Positions 29,517 through 44,564 of a stretch of DNA of 48,887 nt are shown here, piece by piece (position 1 is the first letter of the stretch; each line of letters starts with the position of its first letter). The notes beneath the pieces are model-generated. The model did no database searches. It was not told where the DNA came from and saw only the letters and a list, made by a program, of their open reading frames with translations. Made by a program: the position numbers and the translations under genes. The stretch lies in sequence record SRR16203515_707; one strand, given 5' to 3'.

Positions 29517-30394
29517 TCAACAATCGCTCACTGATGGCCGTGGCGGGTCTGGCCGTCGTTGCCTGGTTCGCCAGCAACAGCCTCTACACGATCGATGAGA
29601 CCCAGCGCGCCATCAAGCTCAAGTTTGGTGAGGTGGTGGAAGACAACATCCAGCCGGGCCTGCATTTCAAGTTGCCGGTCTACAACACGATTCGTACCTT
29701 CGATACGCGCGTGTTGACACTGGATGCCCAGGCGAGCCGTTATCTGACCCGCGAGAAGAAGGCGGTCATCGTCGACTCCTTCGTCAAGTGGAAGATCATC
29801 GACCCCAAGCGCTACTACGAGGCGACGTCCGGTGATGAGCAGATGGCAGAGCGTCTGATCGCGCCGCGTGTCGACGAGAGTCTGCGTAACGAGTTCGGCA
29901 AGCTCGAGCTGGTGCAGATCATCTCCGAACAGCGTGATGCGCTGATGAAGAAGCCCACCGAAGAGCTCGACGCGGTGATGCGCAAGGAGCTGGGGGTGTC
30001 GATTCTCGATATCCGCGTCAAGCGCATCGACCTGCCGGACGAAGTCTCTCAGGCGGTCTATGAGCGCATGAAGACCGAGCGTCAGCGTGAGGCACGTGAA
30101 TATCGTGCCCAGGGTCAGGAGCAGGCCGAGAAGATCCAGGCCAATGCGGACCGCCGTCGTTCGGTACTGCTTGCACAGGCTGAAGAGCAGGCGCAGACCC
30201 TGCGTGGTGAGGGGGACGCATCAGCGGCCGCCATCTACGCTGCGGCCTACGGGGCGGATCTGGAGTTCTTCCGCTTCTATCGCTCGCTGCAGGCCTATCG
30301 CGACAGCTTCAAGGGTGATGGCAACATGATGGTCATCCAGCCGGATAGCGAATTCTTCCGCTTCTTCAAGGATTCGCAGGGCGGCTCTCAGTAA
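29513..30394 (+). CDS. hflC: FtsH modulator HflC
   Basis: SPFH domain, PGLHFK.P, RSL.AY..SF, DSEFF; ATGA-coupled to hflK. Confidence 0.97.
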   Translation: MINNRSLMAVAGLAVVAWFASNSLYTIDETQRAIKLKFGEVVEDNIQPGLHFKLPVYNTIRTFDTRVLTLDAQASRYLTREKKAVIVDSFVKWKIIDPKRYYEATSGDEQMAERLIAPRVDESLRNEFGKLELVQIISEQRDALMKKPTEELDAVMRKELGVSILDIRVKRIDLPDEVSQAVYERMKTERQREAREYRAQGQEQAEKIQANADRRRSVLLAQAEEQAQTLRGEGDASAAAIYAAAYGADLEFFRFYRSLQAYRDSFKGDGNMMVIQPDSEFFRFFKDSQGGSQ

Positions 30395-30505
30395 CGGCTG
30401 ACCGTCCGCATCGTCATCAGGCGAATAGATGACGATGCCGCGGATGAACCCCGCACGAAGTCTCGTGTGGGGTTCATCCCGAAAGGATTCATGCTAGACT
30501 CCTGC

Positions 30506-30529
30506 AACCGGGCACCGCCCGGTTTTTTT
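30506..30529 (+). terminator. Intrinsic terminator after hflC
   Basis: AACCGGGC-ACC-GCCCGGTT followed by a T run. Confidence 0.7.
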
Positions 30530-30794
30530 GTGGCCGTTTTTCCTCTATCGACGACGTTCCCACGAAGTCCCGATGGGCCCCGGACAGGCGCTGTCAGCGT
30601 GGCAGTCCTTGCTCGCGAAGCCGCCTCAAGGCGCGGTTCGAGCCTGTCTCACGCCGTGTTTCAAGGGCGTTGCCGTCGAGTGTTCAGCGTGTTGCGCGGG
30701 TGTTTCGTCACTGAGTTGCAGCGGCATGTCCCTGCACTGACGGCACGCGCGATACGCGCCACTCCTTGTCAAAAATTTCTCGCAGGATAGCGCA

Positions 30795-31979
30795 ATGACC
30801 ATCGCAGATCGCTGGCTCCTCCCGGATGGCATGGATGAGGTACTGCCGCCTCAGGCAACCCGTATGGAGGCGCTGCGCCGCGCGCTGCTCGACCTCTATC
30901 ATCGCTTCGGCTATGACCTGGTGCTGCCGCCTCCCGTCGAATTTCTTGATTCCCTGCTGACCGGTACCGGTACCGAGCTTGACCTTCAGACCTTCAAGCT
31001 GACAGATCAGATGACCGGGCGCATGATGGGAGCCAGTGCCGATGTCACCCCGCAGGTGGCACGCATGGATGCCCACTCCCTGCATCGTGAAGGGCCGGTG
31101 CGTCTGTGCTACTGCGCCAACGTGCTGCGTACCAAGGCGGACAAGCATCAGGGCGGACGCAGCCCGGTGCAGGTCGGTGCCGAGCTGTTCGGTCATGCTG
31201 GCCTTGAGGCCGACCACGAGATCCTGCACCTGGCACTGACCAGCCTCGAGCAGGCCGGTGCTGGCGAGCTGCACCTGGCGCTGGGGCACATCGGCATCTA
31301 TCGTGCCTTGATCGCCGAAGCCGGCATGAGCGACGAGCACGAGCGCGAGCTGTTCGCCGCCATCGAACGCAAGCAGTATTCCGCTCTCGATGCATTGATC
31401 GATCGCGTGGTGGGTGACAAGGTGGTGGCGGGCATGCTCAAGACCCTGCCGCACCTGCACGGGGATGAAGAGATTCTTGCCCAGGCCCGGACCGCCTTTG
31501 CCGGCGCGCCCGCTGCCGTCGCCGGCGCACTGGATCAGCTTGCCGCCCTCAGTCAGGTCGTGCGTGAGCGTCACCCGCAGGTCACGTTGTACTTCGATCT
31601 CGCCGAACTGCGCGGTTATGAATATCACACCGGCATGGTGTTCGCGGCCTATGTGCCGGGCTACGGTCAGGCGCTGGCCAAGGGCGGGCGCTACGACGAT
31701 ACTGGGCGTGCCTTCGGACGTGCGCGTCCGGCCACCGGCTTCTCGATGGACCTGAAGCAGCTGGCGTCGCTCGCCGTGCAGCCTCCGGCCTGCGATGGCA
31801 TCTGGGCACCGGCGCTCAATGACAGCGCGCTGCGAGAGTGTGTCGATCAGCTGCGCGCCGACGGCGAGCGTGTCATCGCCGCGCTGCCGGGCCAGACCAC
31901 CGGTGCCGATGCGCACCGTTGCAACCGCGAGCTTGTCCAGGTCGATGGCGCCTGGCAGGTCGTGACGCTGCAGTCGTGA
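30795..31979 (+). CDS. hisZ: ATP phosphoribosyltransferase regulatory subunit
   Basis: DRWLLPDG, TPQVARMDAH, YHTGMVF, GGRYD, RPATGFS; position upstream of purA. Confidence 0.95.
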   Translation: MTIADRWLLPDGMDEVLPPQATRMEALRRALLDLYHRFGYDLVLPPPVEFLDSLLTGTGTELDLQTFKLTDQMTGRMMGASADVTPQVARMDAHSLHREGPVRLCYCANVLRTKADKHQGGRSPVQVGAELFGHAGLEADHEILHLALTSLEQAGAGELHLALGHIGIYRALIAEAGMSDEHERELFAAIERKQYSALDALIDRVVGDKVVAGMLKTLPHLHGDEEILAQARTAFAGAPAAVAGALDQLAALSQVVRERHPQVTLYFDLAELRGYEYHTGMVFAAYVPGYGQALAKGGRYDDTGRAFGRARPATGFSMDLKQLASLAVQPPACDGIWAPALNDSALRECVDQLRADGERVIAALPGQTTGADAHRCNRELVQVDGAWQVVTLQS

Positions 31980-31987
31980 TCCGCTGA

Positions 31988-33409
<1,422 letters not shown>

Positions 33410-33462
33410 TCATGACCACGTCGCTCTCCTGAGCGGCGCGTGATGTCGAGATGATTCAAGAC

Positions 33463-33500
33463 CAAGACACCCCGTCGGGATTTCCCGGCGGGGTGTCTTG
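33463..33500 (+). terminator. Hairpin terminator after purA
   Basis: CAAGACACCCCGTCGGG...CCCGGCGGGGTGTCTTG near-perfect 17-bp stem. Confidence 0.8.
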
Positions 33501-33574
33501 CGTTCCAAGGCTGGCAGCAGAAGGGCTTGTACAGTCTTGAGAGTGGCAGGGTGGGGTGGTCAGTAGGAATTTTA

Positions 33575-33593
33575 AATGGGAATGATTGTTATT
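33575..33593. promoter_or_regulatory. Fur-box-like site upstream of the suf operon
   Basis: AATGGGAAT-G-ATTGTTATT, 14/18 to AATGATAAT-N-ATTATCATT, in an AT-rich patch. Confidence 0.55.
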
Positions 33594-33685
33594 TTTGTTG
33601 TGATCGGCGGCTATCTTGTCGGCAAACTGGTTGCCCAGGCCGCAATTTGGCGTTTTCGCTGAGTGCTTGGCTTCACATCGTTCTG

Positions 33686-33710
33686 ATACAGGACTAAAAT
33701 GGTCCCCAAT
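33686..33710. promoter_or_regulatory. IscR type-1-like Rrf2 operator
   Basis: ATACAGGACTAAAATGGTCCCCAAT resembles ATASYYGACTRWWWYAGTCRRSTAT and lies just upstream of the Rrf2 gene. Confidence 0.65.
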
Positions 33711-33734
33711 TGATAACCCCGCAGTGGAGGCAAG

Positions 33735-34265
33735 ATGCTGAAGCTTTCCAGAATGACCGATTATGCCGCCGTGGTGATGGCGCGCATCGCTCGCGAGCCG
33801 GAGTCGGCCCATGCAGCGATCGATCTCGCGGAAAGCGTTCAGTTGCCGCATCCCACCGTCAGCAAGACCTTGAAGGCGCTGGTACGCGCCGGATTGCTGG
33901 AGTCACGTCGTGGGGCGCAGGGGGGCTACCGTCTGGCGCGACCCGCCAGTGACATCACGGCCAGTGACATCATCAGCGCCATCGAAGGTCCGGTGGCCGT
34001 CACGGAATGCAGCCACGCCGATGGCGATTGCGAGCTGGTCAACACCTGTGGCGTGGCCGACAACTGGCAGAGAGTCTCGCGCGCCATCGGTGAACTGCTG
34101 GGCAGCGTGACGCTGGCACATCTGGCATCCACCACACCGCTGCGGATGCCGATCCAGTTGCCCATTCAGGCCGTCAGTCTCTACAGCGATGAAGAGGCTG
34201 CCGGGGGAGCCCCCGACAAGGACAGCAGTGCAGGAAGCGCCGTCAACGGCATGTCCGGGCGCTGA
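33735..34265 (+). CDS. Rrf2-family SUF Fe-S assembly regulator (IscR-like)
   Basis: MLKLSRMTDYA, SRRGAQGGYRLAR, three-Cys motif C-x6-C-x5-C; first gene of the suf operon. Confidence 0.92.
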   Translation: MLKLSRMTDYAAVVMARIAREPESAHAAIDLAESVQLPHPTVSKTLKALVRAGLLESRRGAQGGYRLARPASDITASDIISAIEGPVAVTECSHADGDCELVNTCGVADNWQRVSRAIGELLGSVTLAHLASTTPLRMPIQLPIQAVSLYSDEEAAGGAPDKDSSAGSAVNGMSGR

Positions 34266-34390
34266 ATGCTCAGCCCCACGGTTGCGGGCCAGGCTTCAGA
34301 AATATTCGAATATTCGAGCTTCGCCGCAGTTGAGGCGGGGTGATCAGGAATCTGAACAGACCCGGAGCTTCTCCGGGAGAGGAGACCAGC

Positions 34391-35833
<1,443 letters not shown>

Positions 35834-35908
35834 CGCCACAGCCTGTTTCGCATTCATCCCCATTCTTGAGGGCCGCTTGCGGGCGGCCTGTCAGCCAAAG
35901 GTATCATC

Positions 35909-36657
<749 letters not shown>

Positions 36658-36658
<1 letters not shown>

Positions 36659-38066
36659 TGACAGCACTTGCTACCGCGTCCGTCCCCGGCAGCGAAGCCT
36701 TCGCCAGCGAATTCGCCGCGCGCAAGGCTCGCTTCGCGGCTGACCCGAGCTGGATGGCGGCGCGCCGTCAGGCCGGCATCGCCCGCTTTGAAGCGCTGGG
36801 TCTGCCGACTCGCAAGGTCGAGGCCTGGAAGTACACCGACACCCAGGCGCTGGGTCGCCAGCAATACCGTCTCGCCGACGATGCCCATCTCTCGGCGGCG
36901 GTGAAGGACGAGCTGGCGCTCGCCGTCGATGCTTACCGCCTGGTGTTCGTCGATGGTCTCTACAACGCCGAGCTTTCCGATGTGGCAGGTCTGCCCGACA
37001 CCGTGCGTGTCGTGCCGCTGTCCCAGGCCATCATCGATCAGCCGGAAGTGATCGGCGGCTCGCTGAATCGCCTGACCGGTATCGACTTCACGCCCTTCGT
37101 GGCGCTGAACTCTGCCTTCACCGAAGAGGGTGCGGTGATTCAGGTCGGCCCGCGGACGGTGCTCGACAAGCCGGTCTATGCGCTGTTCCTGTCGCGCGCC
37201 GCCGTCGAAGGCGAGCCCGTGACCATGAGCCATCCGCGCCTGCTGGTGCAGTTGGGCAGCCGTGCCGAAGCCAGCGTGATCGAGCATCACATCGGCGAGA
37301 CCGGCGCGACCAACTTCACCAACATGGTCAGCGAAGTGATGCTGGAGCGCGGCGCCGTGCTCAATCACTACAAGCTGGGTGAGGCCGCCACCGGCGAGAC
37401 GCATATCGCCTCACTGCAGGTCGAGCAGCCGCGTGACAGCCAGTACCGCTCCATCAACCTGAATACCGGTGGTGGTCTGGTACGCAACGACATCGTCTGC
37501 GATCTCAACGGCAGCAATGCCCATGCGCGCCTCGATGGCCTGTTCTTCGGTCGTGATCGCCAGCACGTGGATACCCACTCGCTGGTCAATCACAACGAGG
37601 CTCTGACCTTCTCGGATGAGAACTACAAGGGCATCCTGGCCGACCGCGCACGTGGCGTCTTCAATGGCCGCGTGCTGGTCAAGCGTGACAGTCAGAAGAT
37701 CGAGGCGCATCAGAACAACGCCAACCTGCTGCTGTCGGACCGCGCCGAGATCAATACCAAGCCGGAACTCGAGATCTACGCCGACGACGTCAAGTGCTCC
37801 CACGGCACCACGACCGGCCAGCTCGACGAGACGGCTGTCTTCGCACTGCGCGCGCGTGGCATCGATGAGCAGACGGCACGCGGCCTGCTGACCCTGGCCT
37901 TCGCCAATGAGGTCATGTCCGGTCTGGGCATCGACGCCATCGCCGAGCGTATCGAGCGCAGCGTCGCGGGTCGCCTGCCGTCACGCTTCCACCTCGATGA
38001 GCTGGTGGATCTGAGTGTCGAGCTGGGCGGCGGGGCCGTGGCAGTGGCGCGTGATGAGGACTTCGC

Positions 38067-38070
<4 letters not shown>
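36658..38070 (+). CDS. sufD: Fe-S cluster assembly protein SufD
   Basis: EAWKYT, KPELEIYADDVKCSHG, LRARGI; TAATG-coupled to sufC. Confidence 0.96.
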
Positions 38071-39311
<1,241 letters not shown>

Positions 39312-39344
39312 GCATCCCCTGCGGTGGCCCTGACGGGCGCTGAT

Positions 39345-39375
39345 CAATGAGGCTCGCGCATGGCGGGCCTCATTG
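39345..39375 (+). other. Stem-loop between sufS and sufT
   Basis: CAATGAGGCTCGC-GCATG-GCGGGCCTCATTG; no U tract. Confidence 0.6.
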
Positions 39376-39476
39376 CTATCGGCGCTTGCCAGGGGATGTT
39401 GTGACCCGCACATCCTGAGTGAACCCACAGTATTCTTGATCCGCATGGCTGTCATGCGGTTCGGCAAGGAGAGGGC

Positions 39477-40052
39477 ATGAGCCACACTGAAGACCAGCTG
39501 GCCAGCCTCGGCAAGGGCCAGAAGATGCCGTTGCAGCGTGACGTGGAAGGTATCTCGGTACCCTTCGGCAAGTCGGTGACCCTGCATGAGGACTCGGTGG
39601 TCGAAGTCATGCAGGCCAAGGGCGGCACCGTCAGCGTGGCGTACGAAGGCCGCATGTACCTGATCGAGAGCTTCAGCCTCGATGCACTGGGACTGGACGC
39701 CGTGCCGCGCCCGCATCTGCCGGCCGGGCAGAGCGACGCCGAGATAGAGGCCTTCGTCTGGGCGCAGCTGCGCACCTGTTTCGACCCCGAGATCCCGGTG
39801 GACATCGTCGAGCTCGGGCTGGTCTATGGCTGTCGTATCGACACCCTGATCAGCGGCGAGAAGATGGTCAATCTGAAGATGACGTTGACGGCACCGGGCT
39901 GCGGCATGGGCAACGTGATCGCCGAGGATGCCAAGCGCAAGATCCTGGGCGCGGAGGATGTCTCCAAGGTTCACGTCGAGATCGTGTTCTCGCCCCCCTG
40001 GTCGCGGGAGATGATGAGTGAAGAGGCGCGCCTTGAACTTGGCATGTTCTGA
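39477..40052 (+). CDS. sufT: Fe-S assembly protein SufT (DUF59 family)
   Basis: DPEIPVDIVELGL, TLTAPGCGMG and PPW...MSEEARLELG motifs. Confidence 0.92.
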   Translation: MSHTEDQLASLGKGQKMPLQRDVEGISVPFGKSVTLHEDSVVEVMQAKGGTVSVAYEGRMYLIESFSLDALGLDAVPRPHLPAGQSDAEIEAFVWAQLRTCFDPEIPVDIVELGLVYGCRIDTLISGEKMVNLKMTLTAPGCGMGNVIAEDAKRKILGAEDVSKVHVEIVFSPPWSREMMSEEARLELGMF

Positions 40053-40218
40053 CGCTGCGTGTCGCTCGGGCGCAATCGCGCAACGGGCGGCACGGCCGTC
40101 TTGACGGAACCTCTCGCACCAATCGCTTTCCAAGCCGTGCCAAGGACTGCACCATGGCGCCGTCGTTGCGTCATGTGGCGTCGAAGATCGTGATTCTCTG
40201 CCAGCAAGGAATATCCCA

Positions 40219-40824
40219 ATGCGCTACCCGACAGCCTTACGTGTCCTGACCGCCAGCCTGATCATGAGTACTGCCGTCAGTGCACAGGCGTCATGGACAC
40301 TGGACAGCGATGCCTCGCAACTGAATTTTCAGTCCACCAAGATGAGCAAGGACGGTGCCAGCACCGTCGAGCAGCACGCCTTCGATTCCTGGCGTGCTCG
40401 CGTCAATGATGCGGGCCAGTTGTCGGTCGAGATCGACCTGGACTCCGCCGATACCGGTATCGAGATCCGTGATCAGCGTGTCAGCGAGAAACTCTTCGAG
40501 GCCGGTGACTATCCCCTGGCCGTGCTGACCGCGTCACTGGACATGCCGACGCTCAAGGTCATGGAGCCGGGCGATACCCAGCATGTCAGCCTGGAAGGGC
40601 AGCTGACGCTGCATGACAGCACCCAGACCCTGCCGGTGAGCCTGCAGGTGACACGTCTGCAGGGGGAGCGCTGGCTGGTGCAGACGGACGCGCCGGTGAT
40701 GGTCGATGCCAGCCAGTTCTCGCTGGTGGATGGCATCCGTACCCTGCGTGACCTGGCGGGACTGGGCAACATCGCGACCCAGGTGCCGGTCAGCGTCAAG
40801 GCGATCATGACGCAGGAAGAGTGA
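40219..40824 (+). CDS. YceI-family periplasmic lipid/polyisoprenoid-binding protein
   Basis: Signal peptide; W.LD...S.L.F, S.DTG...RD, G.LTLH motifs. Confidence 0.88.
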   Translation: MRYPTALRVLTASLIMSTAVSAQASWTLDSDASQLNFQSTKMSKDGASTVEQHAFDSWRARVNDAGQLSVEIDLDSADTGIEIRDQRVSEKLFEAGDYPLAVLTASLDMPTLKVMEPGDTQHVSLEGQLTLHDSTQTLPVSLQVTRLQGERWLVQTDAPVMVDASQFSLVDGIRTLRDLAGLGNIATQVPVSVKAIMTQEE

Positions 40825-40982
40825 GCCGACAGGCGTCTGCCCTGACCCCGTGGCTTCGAGCCTGCAGGCGTCATCTCGCTGGTGCTGCGTGCATGGCTTG
40901 GGTAGGCTGGGCGCTCATGCTTGCATGATGCAGTGAATGGCGATATTCGGTAGTGACAGGCAAGGATGGGTGCGGGGAGCAG

Positions 40983-41669
40983 ATGCGACGAGTGATCAAG
41001 CGGGCCGTGATGGCCATGATTGGCCTGTTGGTCGTGAGCCTGATGATAGTGGTCGGGCTCAATCTGTGGGTCGTGATGTCGACCCGTGATCGCATCGCGT
41101 CTTCCCCGTTGACCTGCGAAAGCCGTGAAGTGGGGATCGTCTTCGGGACCTCCCATGGCCTGGTAGGCGGAGGACGCAACCCGCACTATCAGGCTCGTCT
41201 CGACACCGCAGCCCAGCTCTACCGGCTGCATCGAGTGAGCAACCTGCTGCTGTCAGGGGACAATCGTACGCGTTATTACAATGAGCCGATGACCATGTGG
41301 CGTGACCTGCGTGATCGCAATGTGCCACAGCAGTTCATGACGCTGGATTACGCCGGATTCTCGACCTTCGATACGCTGGTGCGTGCGCACAAGGTCTTCG
41401 GTGTCGATCAGGCGGTGCTGGTCACGCAGCCCTGGCATCTGCCACGGGCACTGTTCATCGCTGACGTGCTGGGGGTGGATGCCGTCGGCTGTCCGGCGGT
41501 TTCCGAGCGTCGGCCCGCGGGGCTGCGGCTGATGCTGCGCGAATGGCTGGCGCGTGCCGCCACGGTGGGGGATCTTTACCTGTGGGGCCGCAAGCCGCGT
41601 TTCCTGGGGCCGGCGGAGCGACTGCCGACACCGGTATTGCCAGCCGTACCGGCCGTGTCAGGCAGTTGA
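40983..41669 (+). CDS. SanA/YdcF (DUF218) membrane-anchored protein
   Basis: N-terminal TM, LLSGDN...YNEP..M, LDYAGFST.D, TQ.WHL.RALF, RE.LAR. Confidence 0.9.
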   Translation: MRRVIKRAVMAMIGLLVVSLMIVVGLNLWVVMSTRDRIASSPLTCESREVGIVFGTSHGLVGGGRNPHYQARLDTAAQLYRLHRVSNLLLSGDNRTRYYNEPMTMWRDLRDRNVPQQFMTLDYAGFSTFDTLVRAHKVFGVDQAVLVTQPWHLPRALFIADVLGVDAVGCPAVSERRPAGLRLMLREWLARAATVGDLYLWGRKPRFLGPAERLPTPVLPAVPAVSGS

Positions 41670-41699
41670 CGACAGCGGCTCAGCGTACCGGCCGGCCAA

Positions 41700-41744
41700 C
41701 ACGAAAAGCCCCCGTCTTCCGATAGGAAGCGGGGGCTTTTCGTG
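41700..41744. terminator. Bidirectional intrinsic terminator
   Basis: CACGAAAAGCCCCCG...CGGGGGCTTTTCGTG between convergent genes. Confidence 0.9.
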
Positions 41745-41780
41745 TCTGCTCGAGGCTTTTTCCGCTGAGCGGGCCCGAGG

Positions 41781-42239
41781 TCAGCCGGCGCGGCGGCGTG
41801 CCGCGATGCCGGTCTGGTGACGATAGAGCTCGCGAATCAATTGGCGGCAGTTGTGGAAGCACGCTTCCAGCACCTTCTCCATGCTGTCCGGGAGAGGATG
41901 CGTGAAGGCCGTCGAGCAGGCCTGCATCAGCACGCGCTCCTGTTCGAGCAGTTCGTTGATCAGAACCTGATTGTCGTTGCTGACGATGCTCTTCAGGCGA
42001 CTCCACAGCCACATGTAGTCATCACGCTCGACATCAGCGTCTCGCGGCATCAGGCTCAGATGCTTGCGCGTCTCGACTTCCAGCGCCTGCTTGAGCTCCA
42101 CGCGCCGAGCATAGAAGGGTTCAAAGGCCTTCAGCAGCCCGGGACGCAGCCGTTCGGCGTTGTCCTCGAAATAATCAAGACTGTCTGCCAGGGCTTCCTG
42201 GACGCTATCCATCGCCACCTGGCGATTGTCGAGAAACAT
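41781..42239 (-). CDS. Hypothetical protein, probable ferritin-like four-helix bundle (DUF2383/PA2169-like)
   Basis: GGAGGAGG RBS; all-helical pattern with R...L..., W..LK, E and LP motifs; family call is pattern-based. Confidence 0.65.
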   Translation of the reverse strand: MFLDNRQVAMDSVQEALADSLDYFEDNAERLRPGLLKAFEPFYARRVELKQALEVETRKHLSLMPRDADVERDDYMWLWSRLKSIVSNDNQVLINELLEQERVLMQACSTAFTHPLPDSMEKVLEACFHNCRQLIRELYRHQTGIAARRRAG

Positions 42240-42450
42240 GGGCGGTCACCTCCTCCGTCAGGAGAGATTGTGCGGGTGAAAACAGTGTTTTTCTACCCCT
42301 GATGTGCAGAAAGTCCTGATATTTCTTCCCGTAGCGTCAATCCACTCATTTTACGACAGTTCGATGACGTTATCGTGACGTCCGACAGTGTCACGGCTGT
42401 CCGTGATCAGCGTCATGTCTCCCAGAATGCTCTGGCAAGCCGGCGGCATT

Positions 42451-43359
<909 letters not shown>

Positions 43360-43510
43360 GAAATCCTCCAGAGCCGAAAGGGCCGTCAGGAATGAGAAGG
43401 TGGCGAAAGGATGAAAGAGGTGCGTCAGGAGGCGTCTTGCGCGAGCGCCGCGAAGGCGGCGTGCCCGTTCGAGTCATGCCGGGGGCGAGTCTTGCGCAAT
43501 GTGAAGGTCG

Positions 43511-44020
43511 TCAGGGCTCGCCATGCAGATAGGCGGCACCCGGTGCCACCAGCAGGCGACGCAGTGCACGGCGCCCCAGCAGGATGGGGTGGCGCATCTG
43601 GGAGCGATCGACCAGTGTCATGTCGATGTCGTAGTCGAGCCCGGCGAGCTGCATGCGGGAGCGAATCACGTAGCGCCACTGTGCCTGACCGTTGGAAGAC
43701 CTGACCCGACGCCGGTCGTGGACCCGTGTCTCGACATCATGGGGCGGAGAATCACTGCCGCCACTGCGCGTGATGAAGCGTACCCACAGGTCTTCATCCT
43801 TCTCGAAGACCTCGATGTTCTCTGCGTGCAGTGCGCTCGAGTGCGCGCCAGTGTCGATCTTGGCGTTGAGGTGCAGATGCAGCTCCGGCAGCTCGATCAG
43901 TTCACGTCGCCCGACGACGGCTTGCGGCCGAAAGCCGAGCAGATCGTGGTTCAGGAATCTGAGATCCAGAGGCGGTGCCTTGTGAGCGTGATGACGAGCA
44001 GGGGTCTTGGAATGCGGCAT
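43511..44020 (-). CDS. RimK-associated retropepsin-like protease (RimB/'ATP-dependent Zn protease' family)
   Basis: AKIDTGA.SSALHA, VRSSNG, DR..M....LLGR motifs; directly upstream of rimK. Confidence 0.88.
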   Translation of the reverse strand: MPHSKTPARHHAHKAPPLDLRFLNHDLLGFRPQAVVGRRELIELPELHLHLNAKIDTGAHSSALHAENIEVFEKDEDLWVRFITRSGGSDSPPHDVETRVHDRRRVRSSNGQAQWRYVIRSRMQLAGLDYDIDMTLVDRSQMRHPILLGRRALRRLLVAPGAAYLHGEP

Positions 44021-44466
44021 GTTTCATCCTGAATCAGAGGGCATGACCTGGCCTGGAGGTCGGGTCACGGCATGAAAGGCACCGTGGTGATCGCAATGGC
44101 GCGTGGCAGACAGCGGGATTGCGACCAGACGGGCGCGCAGCATAGTCACTTACCGTATCAGCAGCAATCCTTGTTGGCATATCTTTGGCTGCGAGCAGCG
44201 CCGCTCCCGTGCCTGGCGCCTTGCAGAGCGCTTTCACCGGGCAGTTCTCGCGCACGATGATCAGGCCTCTCCCAAGTGTCGTGGGTTATGCGCATGATCT
44301 CAAGGACTGTGATGCTCACCTGTCGCTTGCGCTGGCGTCCACCGGGCAAGGTGCTGGGCCTAGAGCTAGGCATAGGGCTGGGCCTGGGGCCGAACGAGGT
44401 ACGTGGCGCAGTGCCGGGCACGAGCCGAGAGGAGAGATTGGCCAGGACGGGCCGGCAGGGGATTGA

Positions 44467-44501
44467 CCATCAGGACCGGCGAGGGCGGCGGGTCCTGATG
44501 G
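44467..44501. other. Stem-loop downstream of DUF3549
   Basis: CCATCAGGACC...GGTCCTGATGG, perfect 11-bp arms; no U tract. Confidence 0.6.
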
Positions 44502-44508
44502 CAGGGCT

Positions 44509-44564
44509 GGCTCAGTGGCTCAGTAATTCAGAGGCTCTGAGGCTCAGTAATTCAGAGGCTCAGT
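44509..44564. repeat. 8-bp-period tandem repeat (7 units)
   Basis: GGCTCAGT GGCTCAGT AATTCAGA GGCTCTGA GGCTCAGT AATTCAGA GGCTCAGT; the last unit contains the DUF3549 stop codon. Confidence 0.88.
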
